A stretch of 60,000 nt of DNA, taken from assembly GCF_009834535.1 (NCBI RefSeq), contig NC_045696.1:39682001-39742000 (forward strand), read 5' to 3'. Under the pieces are notes generated by a model. It worked only from the letters and a program-made list of their open reading frames with translations, had not been told where the DNA came from and did no database searches. The position numbers and the translations under genes are program-made. The stretch is from Camelus ferus (taxonomy: Eukaryota). This document shows positions 38,880 to 50,990 of the stretch, piece by piece (positions within the stretch are counted from its first letter, which is position 1; every line of letters begins with the position of its first letter).

Positions 38880-39235
38880 TGGTGGATATACCTTAACTTA
38901 CTTAATTTCCTTACTGTTAGAAATTTAGATTGATTCCAATCTCTATATAGTGAAAAATGTTGCAGTAAACATCTTCCTAACACAACTTTTCTAACTTTTG
39001 AAATATTTCTTTAGGAGTGGTTTTTAATAGATACTTCCATACTGCTATCCAAAGTGAGCTACACTGACTAATACAGCCTCAATATTTTAAAAAAAGGACC
39101 AGTTTCACCACAACCATGCCAACATAACATATTACAGTTTTTTGGTTTTTTAATTTTATTTATTTATTTTTTACTAATCTAAAAGTCAGGGAGCTAATTT
39201 ACTTAGTTTAAATTTCTTTGCATTTCTTTGATTGT
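38880..39235 (-). mobile_element. Old L1 (L1ME-like) 3' fragment, inverted
   Basis: Reverse complement reads ggaagatgtttactgcaacattt...ttggaatcaatctaaatttctaacagtaaggaaa, an L1 3'-end-like motif. Confidence 0.65.
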
Positions 39236-39239
39236 AAAC

Positions 39240-40300
39240 ATAGTGGCCTCTTCCAATATCCTCTTAAAGAATGGCAGTGTGTACAAAACAGCACAAGTTT
39301 TTATCACTATTCATGATGGTAACCAAAGGGTCTTGATAGAAAATTTTACTGCAATCATGTGGGCCAAAATATCCACGAAGCAATACCAATCTTCCCCATC
39401 AAATTTTTCTGAGTAGGCTTTTCTTCTCTCTTGCGAAACCACTACTTTAATTGAGAGCTTTAAGACTTTTACTTTGGAAAATCACCAAACTTCTGGATAG
39501 AAGAGAGCTCTACACTCTGCTTCTATTTCTTAATAAAAACTCTTGAAGAGATAGTGACTCAAGGTCCTGGCTCTTATTAAGTTGACAGCTTCTTTCAGGG
39601 CAGCTGGCAGAGTTTCTCATACCAAGTGTACTAATGTAAAAAGCAATGAGTCATAAGGTGTAGAATTCAGCAAAACCAGATGAGTTTCCAAGCATCACAG
39701 GTGAGACATACACAGCACATCAAGACATTTCTTTCAAAGATTTTCTGGAAAAATAAACTTTTCACCACTTAGGAAATGTCAAAGACTTTCATATTTCCTG
39801 TAAGGGCTCACAAATAGGAATTCTCGGATAGGATCACTATCACACAGTAGGTTGTTTTATTGAGCTGAATGCTGATGAGATATGAGAGTTGTCAATTCCT
39901 CACTGACCTGCTTTAAAACATTAGAGGAAACATTCTGAAGTAATGACATCATTTAGAGAGACAAAGCTTTAACTTTTCCTCTCTGTTCTAGGACACAATC
40001 CAGCTTGACCATTCCAGGATACAAAGATTCACTAAGGTCTTTCAAATTGTATATGGATTCTGTACTTTCAATGCAATGCAAACAACCTCATATGATGCTT
40101 CTGCATTAGGAACAAATCCAAGTTATATTTAAGGTCCCATCAAGCCTTCTAAAGGAAAATATCCACAGTAACCAATGTATTTTCATGATGAACAGATGTG
40201 AGATGCCTTTAGCCTTCCTGACTTCATGTTTTCACAGGCCAGGACTTTATCTCACATGAAATTCTGTGGCTCTTACATCTATCAAATGCAAAAGAGCCTT
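39240..40300 (-). mobile_element. Fossil hAT-Charlie (Buster/ZBED8-like) transposase coding sequence
   Basis: Broken minus-strand translation gives, in order: KVLACENMK, AEASYEV, NVLKQVSEEL, SIQLNKTT, REFLF, MLGNSSGFA, THCFLH, TLPAALKE, AVNLIRARTL and EVW*FSKVKVL. This is the hAT transposase motif order (BED finger, QLDETTD, CxxH, WLSRG). Confidence 0.85.
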
Positions 40301-41879
40301 AATCATTAAGATTAGATATTACTTCTTTAATTCCTGCTTATAGAAAACTATTCTAAATGTAAAATGTTCACAATGATGGTCATATCGTAATACTCTTACT
40401 TCTTTCAAATGAAACAATACTTAACATTTTAATTTGACATAAAATAATTATTCCTTTACAAAGACAACTTTAAAACAGGAAAAAACTCAAAGAACAAAAT
40501 TTATTTTCTTTTCACAAGGGTCACTGATCCCTAAAGCATTTCAGTGGATTTCATGGAGTCTAAAAATAACTTAAGTGGTAAAGGTTAATGAAAGACTCAT
40601 TGTGGGAGACAATCAAGATATCCCATGCACAGCCAGAAAATACTGAGAGAAAAAAATCCACCAGTAAATGAGAGCACTGACTTCAGAGAAGGAACTTTCA
40701 CAGGCACAAAAATTACACATTGGGCAACTTTTAGAAAGGAAATAGTTTCGCGGGAGAAGTAGGTTAAGAGTAACAGAGAGATATACTTTAGAAACTGTAT
40801 GGAAAAGGGGGGTGGCTCAAAACAAGATGGGGAATTTTAGGATCCTACAAGATTAAAAAAAATGAAGGGAGAAAAAAAGGATACACAACACCTCCCCCAC
40901 TACAGCTTCTTAAAAGAAAAAAACTTACTGACATAAAAGGGCTATCATGAACCTATCATGTACTACATACACAGCTTATAAACCACTGCAAACCACCAGC
41001 GGTGTTGACAGAAATACTAAGGCACAGTCTTTAATTTAAAAATATAATTAAAAAAAAAATGAGACTCTCAACAATTCGGTTTTCGATAACCCCTTCACCC
41101 CAAAAAAACAATGGTAAAGCAGAAGGAAGCTATAACACAACACCAAATTAAATGTCCTCAAACAAGCAACTGGGGATATAATAAAACAACCTGAAACAGA
41201 AATTCAAAAACTAAGAACAGAAGTGAACAAAAAAATAGAAAAAAAAAAAAAGTTGGCTGATCTCAGAAAGGAAATATAAAAAATGACAAAATCATATCAG
41301 AAATGAAGAATATATTACAAGGTACACAAGGAATAACAGATTCTAATGAAAACATGATAATGCTGAAGAAGAAAACAAACAGAATGAAAAAGAAATTTTA
41401 AAAAGTAAAAAGGATCAGTGAGAACATGGTTTAAATGAATGTGGTTGAAATGGCAGAGGTCCAGTTTTCTTATAATTAAGGTGTCTAAGAAAGGTACACA
41501 AGACAGTGGAACAGAAATAATATTAAAACCATAATCCAAGAAAACTTGAATCTACATACTCATTGGATACAGTAAAAACTAACCAACAATGATAAACTTC
41601 AATACATATCCTTGTAAAACTATTTGACTTTAAAGATAAAGACTCCTCACAGCCTCTATATAAAGATTAAATAAAGGTAAGGGAATTCAACTAGTATCAA
41701 ACTCCTCAAAAAACAATATAAAAAACCAGGCAATAAAACTCAAGAATGAACTCAAGAATTTTTTTTAAAAACTCAAAGAATGAACATGTGAATCAAGAAG
41801 TTATATATATAAAATCAAGATGACCTGCAAGTCTCAAAGTAATAAAAAATTTTAAAAAAAAGTTTTAAATGTTCAAGAT

Positions 41880-41983
41880 AATATGAAAATGAATATATGT
41901 ATATTCATGTATGACTGAAAAATTGTGCTGCACACCAGAAATTGACACAACATTGTAAACTGACTATAACTCAATAAAAAAAA
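41880..41983 (+). mobile_element. Young L1 3' tail (camelid-like)
   Basis: aatgaatatatgtatattcatgtatgactgaaaaattgtgctgcacaccagaaattgacacaacattgtaaactgactataactcaataaaaaaa; same family as 29741 and 47300. Confidence 0.88.
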
Positions 41984-44314
41984 ATGCAAGATTTTCTCCA
42001 CCCATAAACCCTTCTTAAGGAATCAATCTATTCAAAGATGAACTTCATCCACTCACGATATAACTGGGAGAAACTAAGCAAGAAGACTGCCAGTGAGCAT
42101 TTAAAATATTTAAATACTAATCTAGGAAAGTTAGAGATGGGCTGAAGAATAGGACATTATATGATTTAGGCTATATGTTCATATGTTTCGTCAGAGTGAA
42201 AAATGGGGAAAGAAGGGAGAGGAAAAGAGTGAAGTAGATTAGTTCACTGAATGTTACATGAGTAATAGGTAGAGTAACTGGTAATTAGTAGGAGTTAAAG
42301 GACACCACTAAAAATAGACAAATCAGATAGTAAAAGATTAAGACAACAGGGGACTAAAGGCATCTAAGAAAGTGAAATTGAAAGGTAACACTTAAAACTA
42401 TAAAACTTATTAAACTCCAAAAGAAGTTTAAATATAGAAGACAACAACATAAAGAAATAAACACAGCAAATGCAATACACGTGATTATAACTTAAAATAA
42501 TACGAAAGAGTTCAGACAAAACATTTCAGTTTAAAAATAGGTGCAGGTGGGTTTAACTCAGTTACTTCAAAAAATACTTTCCATCTGGTTCACAAAGACC
42601 CCAGAATCTGTTATATGCAAGAAATACACCCCAAACAAGATGATTCAGAAAGGCTAAAAATAAAGGAATGAGCAAAGACAGGTATACCAAGCAAAATAAA
42701 TACAATAAGAGATAAGGAGGAGGGTGTCTATGTGATACTGATGTCAGAGAAAGAAGAATGCAAACTAAAGTACGAAACATGACAGAGGAGAAACTTTTTA
42801 ATGATAGAAATCACAGTTTAAAATGAAAATATTACAATTAAGACTAGCTATGCAACTACATTGTAACCACCTTCATAAAAGCAAAAACCCCCAAAAATGC
42901 AGAAAGAATAAAGACACTAATAACAGGTCAAATGGATAAAAATAAGGATACAGAAAACCTAAACAGCACAAAAAGATCTTTTGGATGCATATCAAACATT
43001 ATATCTTGATATTAGAGAATAAACCTCAAGTATACATGGAACATTCACAAAAGTGAATATATATTAAGTTTTACAGAAAATATAAGCAAATAGAAATATA
43101 ATAATGATTTCCAACTACAATGCAATAAAACTAAAAAAATTTTAACAGTAACAAAGAAAGGTACCCCCAACTGGAAATAAATCTATTATTTATCCAAGAA
43201 TAAATAATTTAAAATGACTACTGGATAAAAGGGAAATACAGAACAAAATAACAGAATTCCTAAAAGATAATGATTATACCATGAATCAATCTGTGGTATA
43301 TCAATTTTAAATATGTGATCAAAGTAAAATCCATAGCTTTAGACACTTTTATTAAGAGAAATGAAAGAATAAATATAAGTGAATTAAATTCCTTGCCAAA
43401 AGCTAGGAGTTAAACAACAAAATAAGCCAAAGCAAGCATAATGAAGAAAATAATAGAAGAAAATAAAGTAACAATGAAACCAGAAAGAGATGAATAAGGT
43501 AGAACAGAAAAAGAATAGATCTAACTACAAGTAATAAATCAAAATCCATTTTTTGAAAAAAATTGAAATAGGCAAACCGCTAGCTAACAATCGAAGAGGG
43601 GGATAAAAGAGAGAAAGCACACATATACAAAATAAGAAATGAGGAGGAAATAGCCAGAGAAATAACAGTGAAATAATCATTAGGAAAAAATCGTAAGAAT
43701 CTATTTTACAGACATCAATACAAATAAATTTGAAGACCTAGCTGAAATTAGTAACGTGTCTGGCAAATAGTTTACTAAAACTGAATTCCTTAGAAATAGA
43801 ATGCTGAAACAGATCATTCTCCTTAAAAGAAATAAAGAAAGCTATTAGGAGTTACCCTACCAAAAAACCACCAGGCCCTGATAGTTTCACAGAATGAAGC
43901 CTTCTAAGACTAGCTTGTTCAAATGCTGTCTAAATTTTTCTGAAGAGAAAAGGAAGGAAAACTTTTTATTTAATATGTAACATCAATAACTAAATCTGAA
44001 AAAGATAATACAAAATAAATTGTACATGAAGTATTTATCTATCACTTAGTATTTTAAAAAATACTATACAGACTATTAGGAAACAGAATCCAGTACCATA
44101 TTAAAAGAATGACACATCGTATCCAAGTACTATTTATTTCAGGAATGCAAATTTGGTTCAACATTAAGGAATCCATTAATAATACACATACTAATAGATT
44201 CTAAGGAGAAAAATCATACAATCATCTTCTTAGATGCTAAAATAGGCTTCCATCAAAATTCAACACTTTCCTAATGAAAAACACTCAAGAAAATAGAAAT
44301 CAAGGGATATTTCC

Positions 44315-44600
44315 TGCTATGGACTCAATGTATCCCTGCAAATTCATATACATTGAAGTCTTAACCCCTAATGTGACTGTATGTGTAGACACAGCCTTTA
44401 TGGAGATAATTAAGGTTAAATGAGGTCCTAAGGGTGGGGTCCTATTCTGATAAGACCAGTTTCCTTGTAAGAAGAGACAGAGAATTTGCTCTCCCTCTCC
44501 CTCTGGGACGTCTAGCCTCCAGAAACTGTAAGAAAACAAATTTCTCTTGTTTAAGCCATCTAGTCTGTGGTATTTTGTTATGGCAGCCTGAGCTAAGACG
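44315..44600 (+). mobile_element. MLT1A/B-like MaLR solo LTR (internally deleted), inserted in L1 ORF2
   Basis: tgctatggactcaatg...aattaaggttaaatgaggtcctaagggtggggtcct...ctagcctccagaaactgtaagaaaacaaatttctcttgtttaagccatctagtctgtggtattttgttatggcagcc. Confidence 0.9.
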
Positions 44601-46148
44601 CTTACTTCACATTCCCGCTAAGATCAGGAACAAGGAAAAAGGGTGCCCACTGCCTCCACTGCCATTTAGCCGAGTACTGACAGGTGGTATTAGCCAATGT
44701 AATTAGGTAAGAGAAATGAGTCACAGGCATGAGAACTGGAAAAGTAGTAGTAAAACTACCTCTATTTGCAGATGAGACGGTGCACCTAGAAATCCCTAGA
44801 AACTGAGTGAGAAAACTAATCAAAATAATAAAAAAACCCGGTAAAGTAACAGAATATAAAATCAACATACAGAAAGAAATCAACAGTCTCCATGTAATTA
44901 GGAACTAGTTAGAGGACACAATGTCAAAATAAAACAAAAACACCTCCACTTACAGTACCAACAAAGAAAAAATAGTTAGAAATAATTTTAGCAAAAAAAT
45001 ATGTAAAACTTACATGAGAAAAAGTTTAAAACACTCCTGAATGTCAACAAAATTAGATTTGAACAAATGGGGGAAAAGGCAGCTCTTGTTCTTGATCAAG
45101 ATGACTCAACATCATAAAGACAATTTATAAACAACTTAATCCCAATAAAAAAGACTAACAAACATTTTTATGAAGTTGGACAAGTTGATAGATCAATTAA
45201 CAGGCAAGAACAGCCAGGAAAACACTAAAAGTGAACATCCATGGAAACAGTCTAGGCCCATCAGACATTACGAAACACACTGTAAAGCCTCTATAATAAA
45301 AACTGCGAGGTTCTAGTATGTGACTGAATAGACCAGTGGAACACAATAAGAAGTCCAGAAACAGATCCCAAGTGCATACAGAATACAGAATTTGCATATA
45401 TGACAAAGGTAGGATTTTTAAACCGTTGGGGCAAAGGTAGACTTTTAAATACATGATGCTAGGAAACGTAGCTAGTCATCTGGAAAAAATAAAATTAGAT
45501 CCACGCTTCATGCCATACAAGGGAATACCCCCAAATGGACCAGGGATCTTAAAACAACAACAAAAACCACTTAAATGTATCAGAAAGAAACATGGGTAAA
45601 TTTATGTTTAAAGGGGATATAGGAAGAGACTTTCCAATTATGACTCAGAATCCAGATGCAAAAGACCGATAAACTTACTACATTCAAAAAAATTTTTGCA
45701 CAGCAAAACACCTACTTTAAACAAGCTTCATGAACCAAGTCAAAAGGCAACCAACAAACTAGGAGAAATTGCAGCACATATCACATAAAGGCTAATATCA
45801 CTAATAATAAAAGAATTCCTAATACCTGAGAGGAACAAAGACCAAAAAAACCTGACAGAAAGGCAACAACATGGACAAAAAGGTTTTTTTTTTTTTTACA
45901 AAATGAACCTTCACCATATTGAAAAAAAAAAAAAGGCTCAACTTTAACTCACAGTGAGAGAAATGTACATTACAACTATATTGGGTTACCATTTCTCACT
46001 TATCAATTGGCAAAACTTAAAAAGCATGACAACACACTCTGTGAGCAAGGCTGTGGAAAAATGAGCATTCTTATGCGTTGCTGGTGGAAGGGCAAATTGG
46101 CATAACCCCTGTAGAGGGGAACTTGGCAACAGCTAACAAAGCTGTATA

Positions 46149-46186
46149 TATGTGTGTGAGTGTGAGTGAGTGTGTGTGTGTGTGTA
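46149..46186. repeat. (TG)n/(TGAG)n compound microsatellite
   Basis: tgtgtgtgagtgtgagtgagtgtgtgtgtgtgtgt visible. Confidence 0.85.
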
Positions 46187-47297
46187 TTTACCTTTTGAAT
46201 CAATAATTACACTTCAGGAACTTACTCTGAAGATATATGTCCAAGAATACAAAAATACATATGCATTAAGTTATTTATGGCAGCATTGTTTGTAACTGTA
46301 AAATACTGGAAGCAATCTATATATTCAAACATAAATAAGTGGTTAAATAAACCGTAAGTACATTCACACTAAGGAGTTCTCTGTGACTGTAAAACAGTTG
46401 AGGACTATCTCCATGAACTGATGTGGAATGATTTCCAGGAAATCATTTAAGTGGGGAAAAAAAGCAAAGCAGGAAAGAATATCAATAGCATATTATATTT
46501 TGTATAAGAAGGGGAAATAAGAAAACCTAATACGTTGTTTGTACAAAAAACAAAGTAGAAAAGATAAAATGAAGACATGCAACTGGTTAGCTACAGGGAG
46601 TAGGTGGAGACGGGGTGGAAGGACAGAAGAAACGGAGTGCTGTGGGGAGGTATGCTACTTATCTAAGTATATCTTTTTGTACAGTTCTAACTCTGAGAAA
46701 CACGTTAATGTTTCACATACTCAACAAAAGAAAAAAGAAACTAACAAAAACAGAGAAAAAACCTAAAATGGAATATGAACAGAAGTAAATGAACCAAACC
46801 ATATTACAAATGGATAAATAACCACACTGGGGCACAGGAGGTGGTGGGCGAAAACTAGCCCAGACAGTTTTGAACACAGCATTTAGACTAAATTGTCTTT
46901 AGGTTAAGACTAAGCAAATATGGATTCTAGGTAACAGGCTTCTTTGCTTCAGAAGCACGGATTAATAATTCAATTCTGAAACTACTTTCTGTGCATTACA
47001 GCACTAAACAAGTAAGTAAAATAAGTATCTATACTGCAGACAACAAGACCTAGATATATCACTCTCAGAGACGTGATTACCAATACCAAAAGGGACGGGA
47101 AAGAATGAACCCTGTGGTGCTGGATTAGGATTAAAGGTATGAACTCATGCTTTTTGATAAATATTGGTAGATATACATATAAAAATAATGTATGTACATT
47201 TATATACTTAAGTACATATGTACATAAGTTTATCTACTAAATCTATCTGTAGATAGGGTATGGCAGCCAACTGGCCCAAACTTAGAGACCAGGTTTG

Positions 47298-47460
47298 TTT
47301 TTTTTTTTTAATTGAAGTATAGTCAGTTACAGTGTGTCAATTTCTAGTGTACAGCACAATGTCCCAGTCATGCATATACATACATATATTCGTTTTCATA
47401 TTCTTTTTCATTAAAGGTTACTACAAGATACTGAATATAGTTCCCTGTGCTATGCAGAAG
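47298..47460 (-). mobile_element. Young L1 3' tail, sense to DCBLD2
   Basis: poly-T, aattgaagtatagtcagttacagtgtgtcaatttctagtgtacagcac...ttccctgtgctatgcagaag; flanks agagaccag/agagatcag (probable TSD). Confidence 0.88.
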
Positions 47461-47480
47461 AGAGATCAGATATTGATTTC

Positions 47481-47920
47481 TTTTTTTTTTAATTGAAGTA
47501 TAGTCAGTTTACAATGTTGTGTTAATTTCTGGTATACACCATAGTGATTCAGTTAAACATTTATATATTCCTTTTCATGCTCTTTTTCATTATAGACCAT
47601 TACAAGGTATTGAATATAGTTTCCTGTGCTATACAATAGGACTTTGTTGTTTACCTATTTTACATATAGTAATTAGTACCTGCAAATCCTAAACTCCCAA
47701 TTTATCTCTCTCCATCCCTCCCCTTTGCCCTCTGGTAACCACAATTTTGTTTTCTACGTCTGTGAGTCTGTTTCTGTTTTATAAATAAGCTCATTTGTCT
47801 CATTTTTTTAGATACCACGTATAAGTGATATCATATGGTATTTTTCTTTCTCTTCTGGCTTATTTTACTTAGAATGACAATTTCCAGGTCCATTCATGTT
47901 GCCACAAATTTTATTCTTTT
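47481..47920 (-). mobile_element. Second, longer young L1 3' end, sense to DCBLD2
   Basis: poly-T, aattgaagtatagtcagtttacaatgttgtg...ataagtgatatcatatggtatttttctttctc...ccaggtccattcatgttg. Confidence 0.88.
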
Positions 47921-49244
47921 TACTCATTACTTCTAATACCATTTTTCACTAAAAAAGAAACAGGATCCCTTGAAGAAATGGCTGATTTCAGGACTAGGGT
48001 AGCACAAGTAGAAGATAAATCTAGAATATCCTGTGTCAGACTAGAAAGAAGTACTTAAAGAATGATAAGGACACCACAAAAGGATACAGGAGCCAGCTTG
48101 AAGAGGCTCCTACTGGAAATTTGGGACAATTTGAGAGATCAAAATAAAGGATAATAAAGGATGCTATACAATGGACTAACTAACTAAGAATCCGTGAGTC
48201 CACACTGATATAAATAAACAAACGGGAGAGAAGGAAAAGTTCACTTCTTCAGCAGGAAAAAACCTAATAAACATGGAAGGAATGATGAGATTAGAAAATC
48301 ACCACCTGACGACTATAACAACTGATTCACACAAGAATCATGAATGGATGCCAAAACTAGTGGGTGCAAGTTGATGAGTAACAGAGCACTCAAATCATTT
48401 CAAAGAATTTCCCACAAGATGCATAATGTTTATGAAGGGAAACATAGCTACAGTGTAAAAATTTGGGAGATAGCACCTTAGCCGAGATCAAAGTTAACAT
48501 CACCAGTAATGGGACAAACCAACATTGTGAGCCTCCTGACAGGAAACACTGAGAACAACACTTCTGTGGCATTCCTGCAAAAGTCTGTAACCTGAATCTA
48601 ATCATAAAGAAACCTCAGAAAATTCAAATTAAGAAATATCCTAGAAAATAACTGGCCCACCTATTTTAAAAAAATGTCAACATAACGAAATACAAGGAGA
48701 GACCAAGGAACTGTCCTCTCCTTTAATCTCCAGAGTAATGGAGACTAAGAAGACGTGACAACTTAATGCAATGCATAATCTGAGAATTTCTTTTACTATA
48801 AAGGACATTATTTGTATAACTGGAGAAATCTAAGTAACATTCGTAGTGTAGTCCTGATACTGTAAGTTTCCTTAATTTTGGTAACTGCTCTGTGAACATG
48901 TAAGGAGAATGCCCTAATTTTCAGGAAATAAACACTTAATATACAGAGGCGAAAGAACATCATGTCTGAAAGCTACTCTCAGTTTAGGAAGAAATACATG
49001 TGTCAGAGGGCGGGATAAAGCAAATGTGGTAAAATGGTAACACTTGGAAAATATGGGTGAAATGTTTACGGAAATTGTCCCATTTTTGCAACTCCTCTAT
49101 TTACTCTGAAGTTATGTCAAAATGAATAGCTAAAAGAAAAAAGTTAACACTTACTAAAAAGTTGCTTGTTTCAACAGTTTAGGGTAAGGGGACCATGTAG
49201 TAAAAGATTAAGGAGTAAGAGCTGGTATCTATTACTGTAAGAAG

Positions 49245-49670
49245 CTATAGTCTAGTGGTTGAGATTACGGACCTTGCTATTAGCCAGAACTCAGTTCAAG
49301 TCCCAGCTCTGCCTGTGTAACTCTGGGCAAGTTGCTGATCTTCTCTGATCTTCTATGTATCTGTTTTATGGAAATAATGTATAGAATTCTTGTAGGATTC
49401 AATGAAATCAAGCATGTCAAGGGCTTACGGTGAGAAACACCAATTCTGGAGCCAGACTGCTTACATTTGAATCCCACTTGGCAACAGGGATTGTGTGACC
49501 TTGGGAAAGTTATTCAACCTCTTCATGCCTCAGTTCTCTTATCAAAATAGGGATGACAAAAGTATTTATCTCAAGGGTTCTTGTGAAGACTAAGTAAGTT
49601 AATTGAAAAAAGTGATTTGAGCAGTACCTGGCACATAGAAAGCACTGCATGCCTGGTAGTTATTTTCATT
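49245..49670 (+). mobile_element. Two adjacent MIR elements
   Basis: ttcaagtcccagctctgcc...ctgggcaagtt and ggagccagactgc...tgtgtgaccttgggaaagttattcaacctcttcatgcctcagtt...cagtacctggcacatag. Confidence 0.85.
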
Positions 49671-50920
49671 ATTAGCTTGAGCCTCTAAAGAATAAGAATT
49701 CAAAAAAATATTAGCGATCATTATCATCATTAAATACCTAATATCATCATCACTATGGCTTTTTCAAGAGGTTTAGTGGTGAAGAGAAAGAAAATTTATG
49801 TTTTCTCTCAAACTAGGAAGACCTAAGCATATTATAGAGAGTGGGACAAACAATACAGAAAGAGAAACTTTTCTGAAAATACAATAGACATAGAATCATT
49901 TACAAAATGAAGCCCTGAGGACCTCAGTTTCCCTCTTTATAAATACCATCTGAATATTTAAGAGACATAATTTTAAAAGGTACCTTGGGGGAAGGTACAA
50001 GACAGAATGTACATCTTTAAACTTTGGACACATAGATACACTTTTACATTTTTCTACAGAATGCATTTTCCTTTAATAGCTACTAGGCTTTAAAATACTT
50101 AGCTTCTCTTTTAAAGAGATCCACCTACATCTCCCTCGTCCCCAAAAAAGTTCATTTAAAATGGAAATCTTAAGCAAAATCCAGAAAGAAAATATATAAA
50201 ACAGAGTAGAAAAAAGTTACAGATAAGCAAAGATTTTTCTTTTTAATGTGTTTTTAAATTTCATCTTTGGACTAATTATCAACAATACTCATTGGGGAAA
50301 TGATGCTAGTAGATCTATGGACCAATATAAAAAGATGTCTAAATACTAAAAGAGAAAAAAACAAGCAGCAAAATAGTTTGGAGATATTTATATTTGTATA
50401 GAAAAAGTTAAGATTAATAATAAATGAAACTTTTTCCTTTAATTTTCATCTTTGCAGAACCACTATGTCTCAGACATCAGAGATTAAAGAATAATCAAAA
50501 TGAAAAACTCAAGGCACAATGGGATTCTCATTCCAACACAATCTGCCTAAAAAAGGGACAGAATTCAGATCTAGAGAGCAAGTCTTAATTCCATTACTAA
50601 ACACATCCTGTCTGTGAAATGAGTACCACTAATTTTACAAAGATTTCTAGATAGTTTAGCAATTTAGAAAGTTGTTACATGTAAAGTGATATATACATTA
50701 TTGCCCATTCTAAGACAACAGGAAATAACTGTCCAAATGCTAAGTAAACCAAAACTGCTTTCTCAGTTAAAACACATTCTAATGAACTTATGATTTTAAA
50801 AAATTATTCCTTTTGTAACCACTCTTCCTTTCACTTTCTTTTCTTGATTATTCTATACCATCTCTCAGGGTAAAAAAAAAAATCATTAAAATAAACAACT
50901 ATTGGGAAAAAAAAAACAAG

Positions 50921-50990
50921 ATTTATACCAAAGTAGGAACAATTTTTATGGGAAAATTTATACCAAAGTAGGAACAATTTTTATGGGAAA
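50921..50990. repeat. Perfect 35-bp tandem duplication (2 copies)
   Basis: atttataccaaagtaggaacaatttttatgggaaa at 50921-50955 and 50956-50990. Confidence 0.95.

Larger units (their letters stand above)
40560..49140 (+). mobile_element. Near-full-length, heavily degenerate old L1 (L1MC/MD-like): 5'UTR, ORF1, ORF2 and long 3'UTR, with nested insertions
   Basis: ORF1-like ~41100-42050; EN-like (ctgttatatgcaagaaatacac) ~42600; RT-like (caggaatgcaaatttggttcaacattagg, ctatttgcagatgag) 44140-44780; L1MC-type 3'UTR (tcaaagttaacatcaccagtaatgggacaaacc) to ~49140. Confidence 0.85.
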
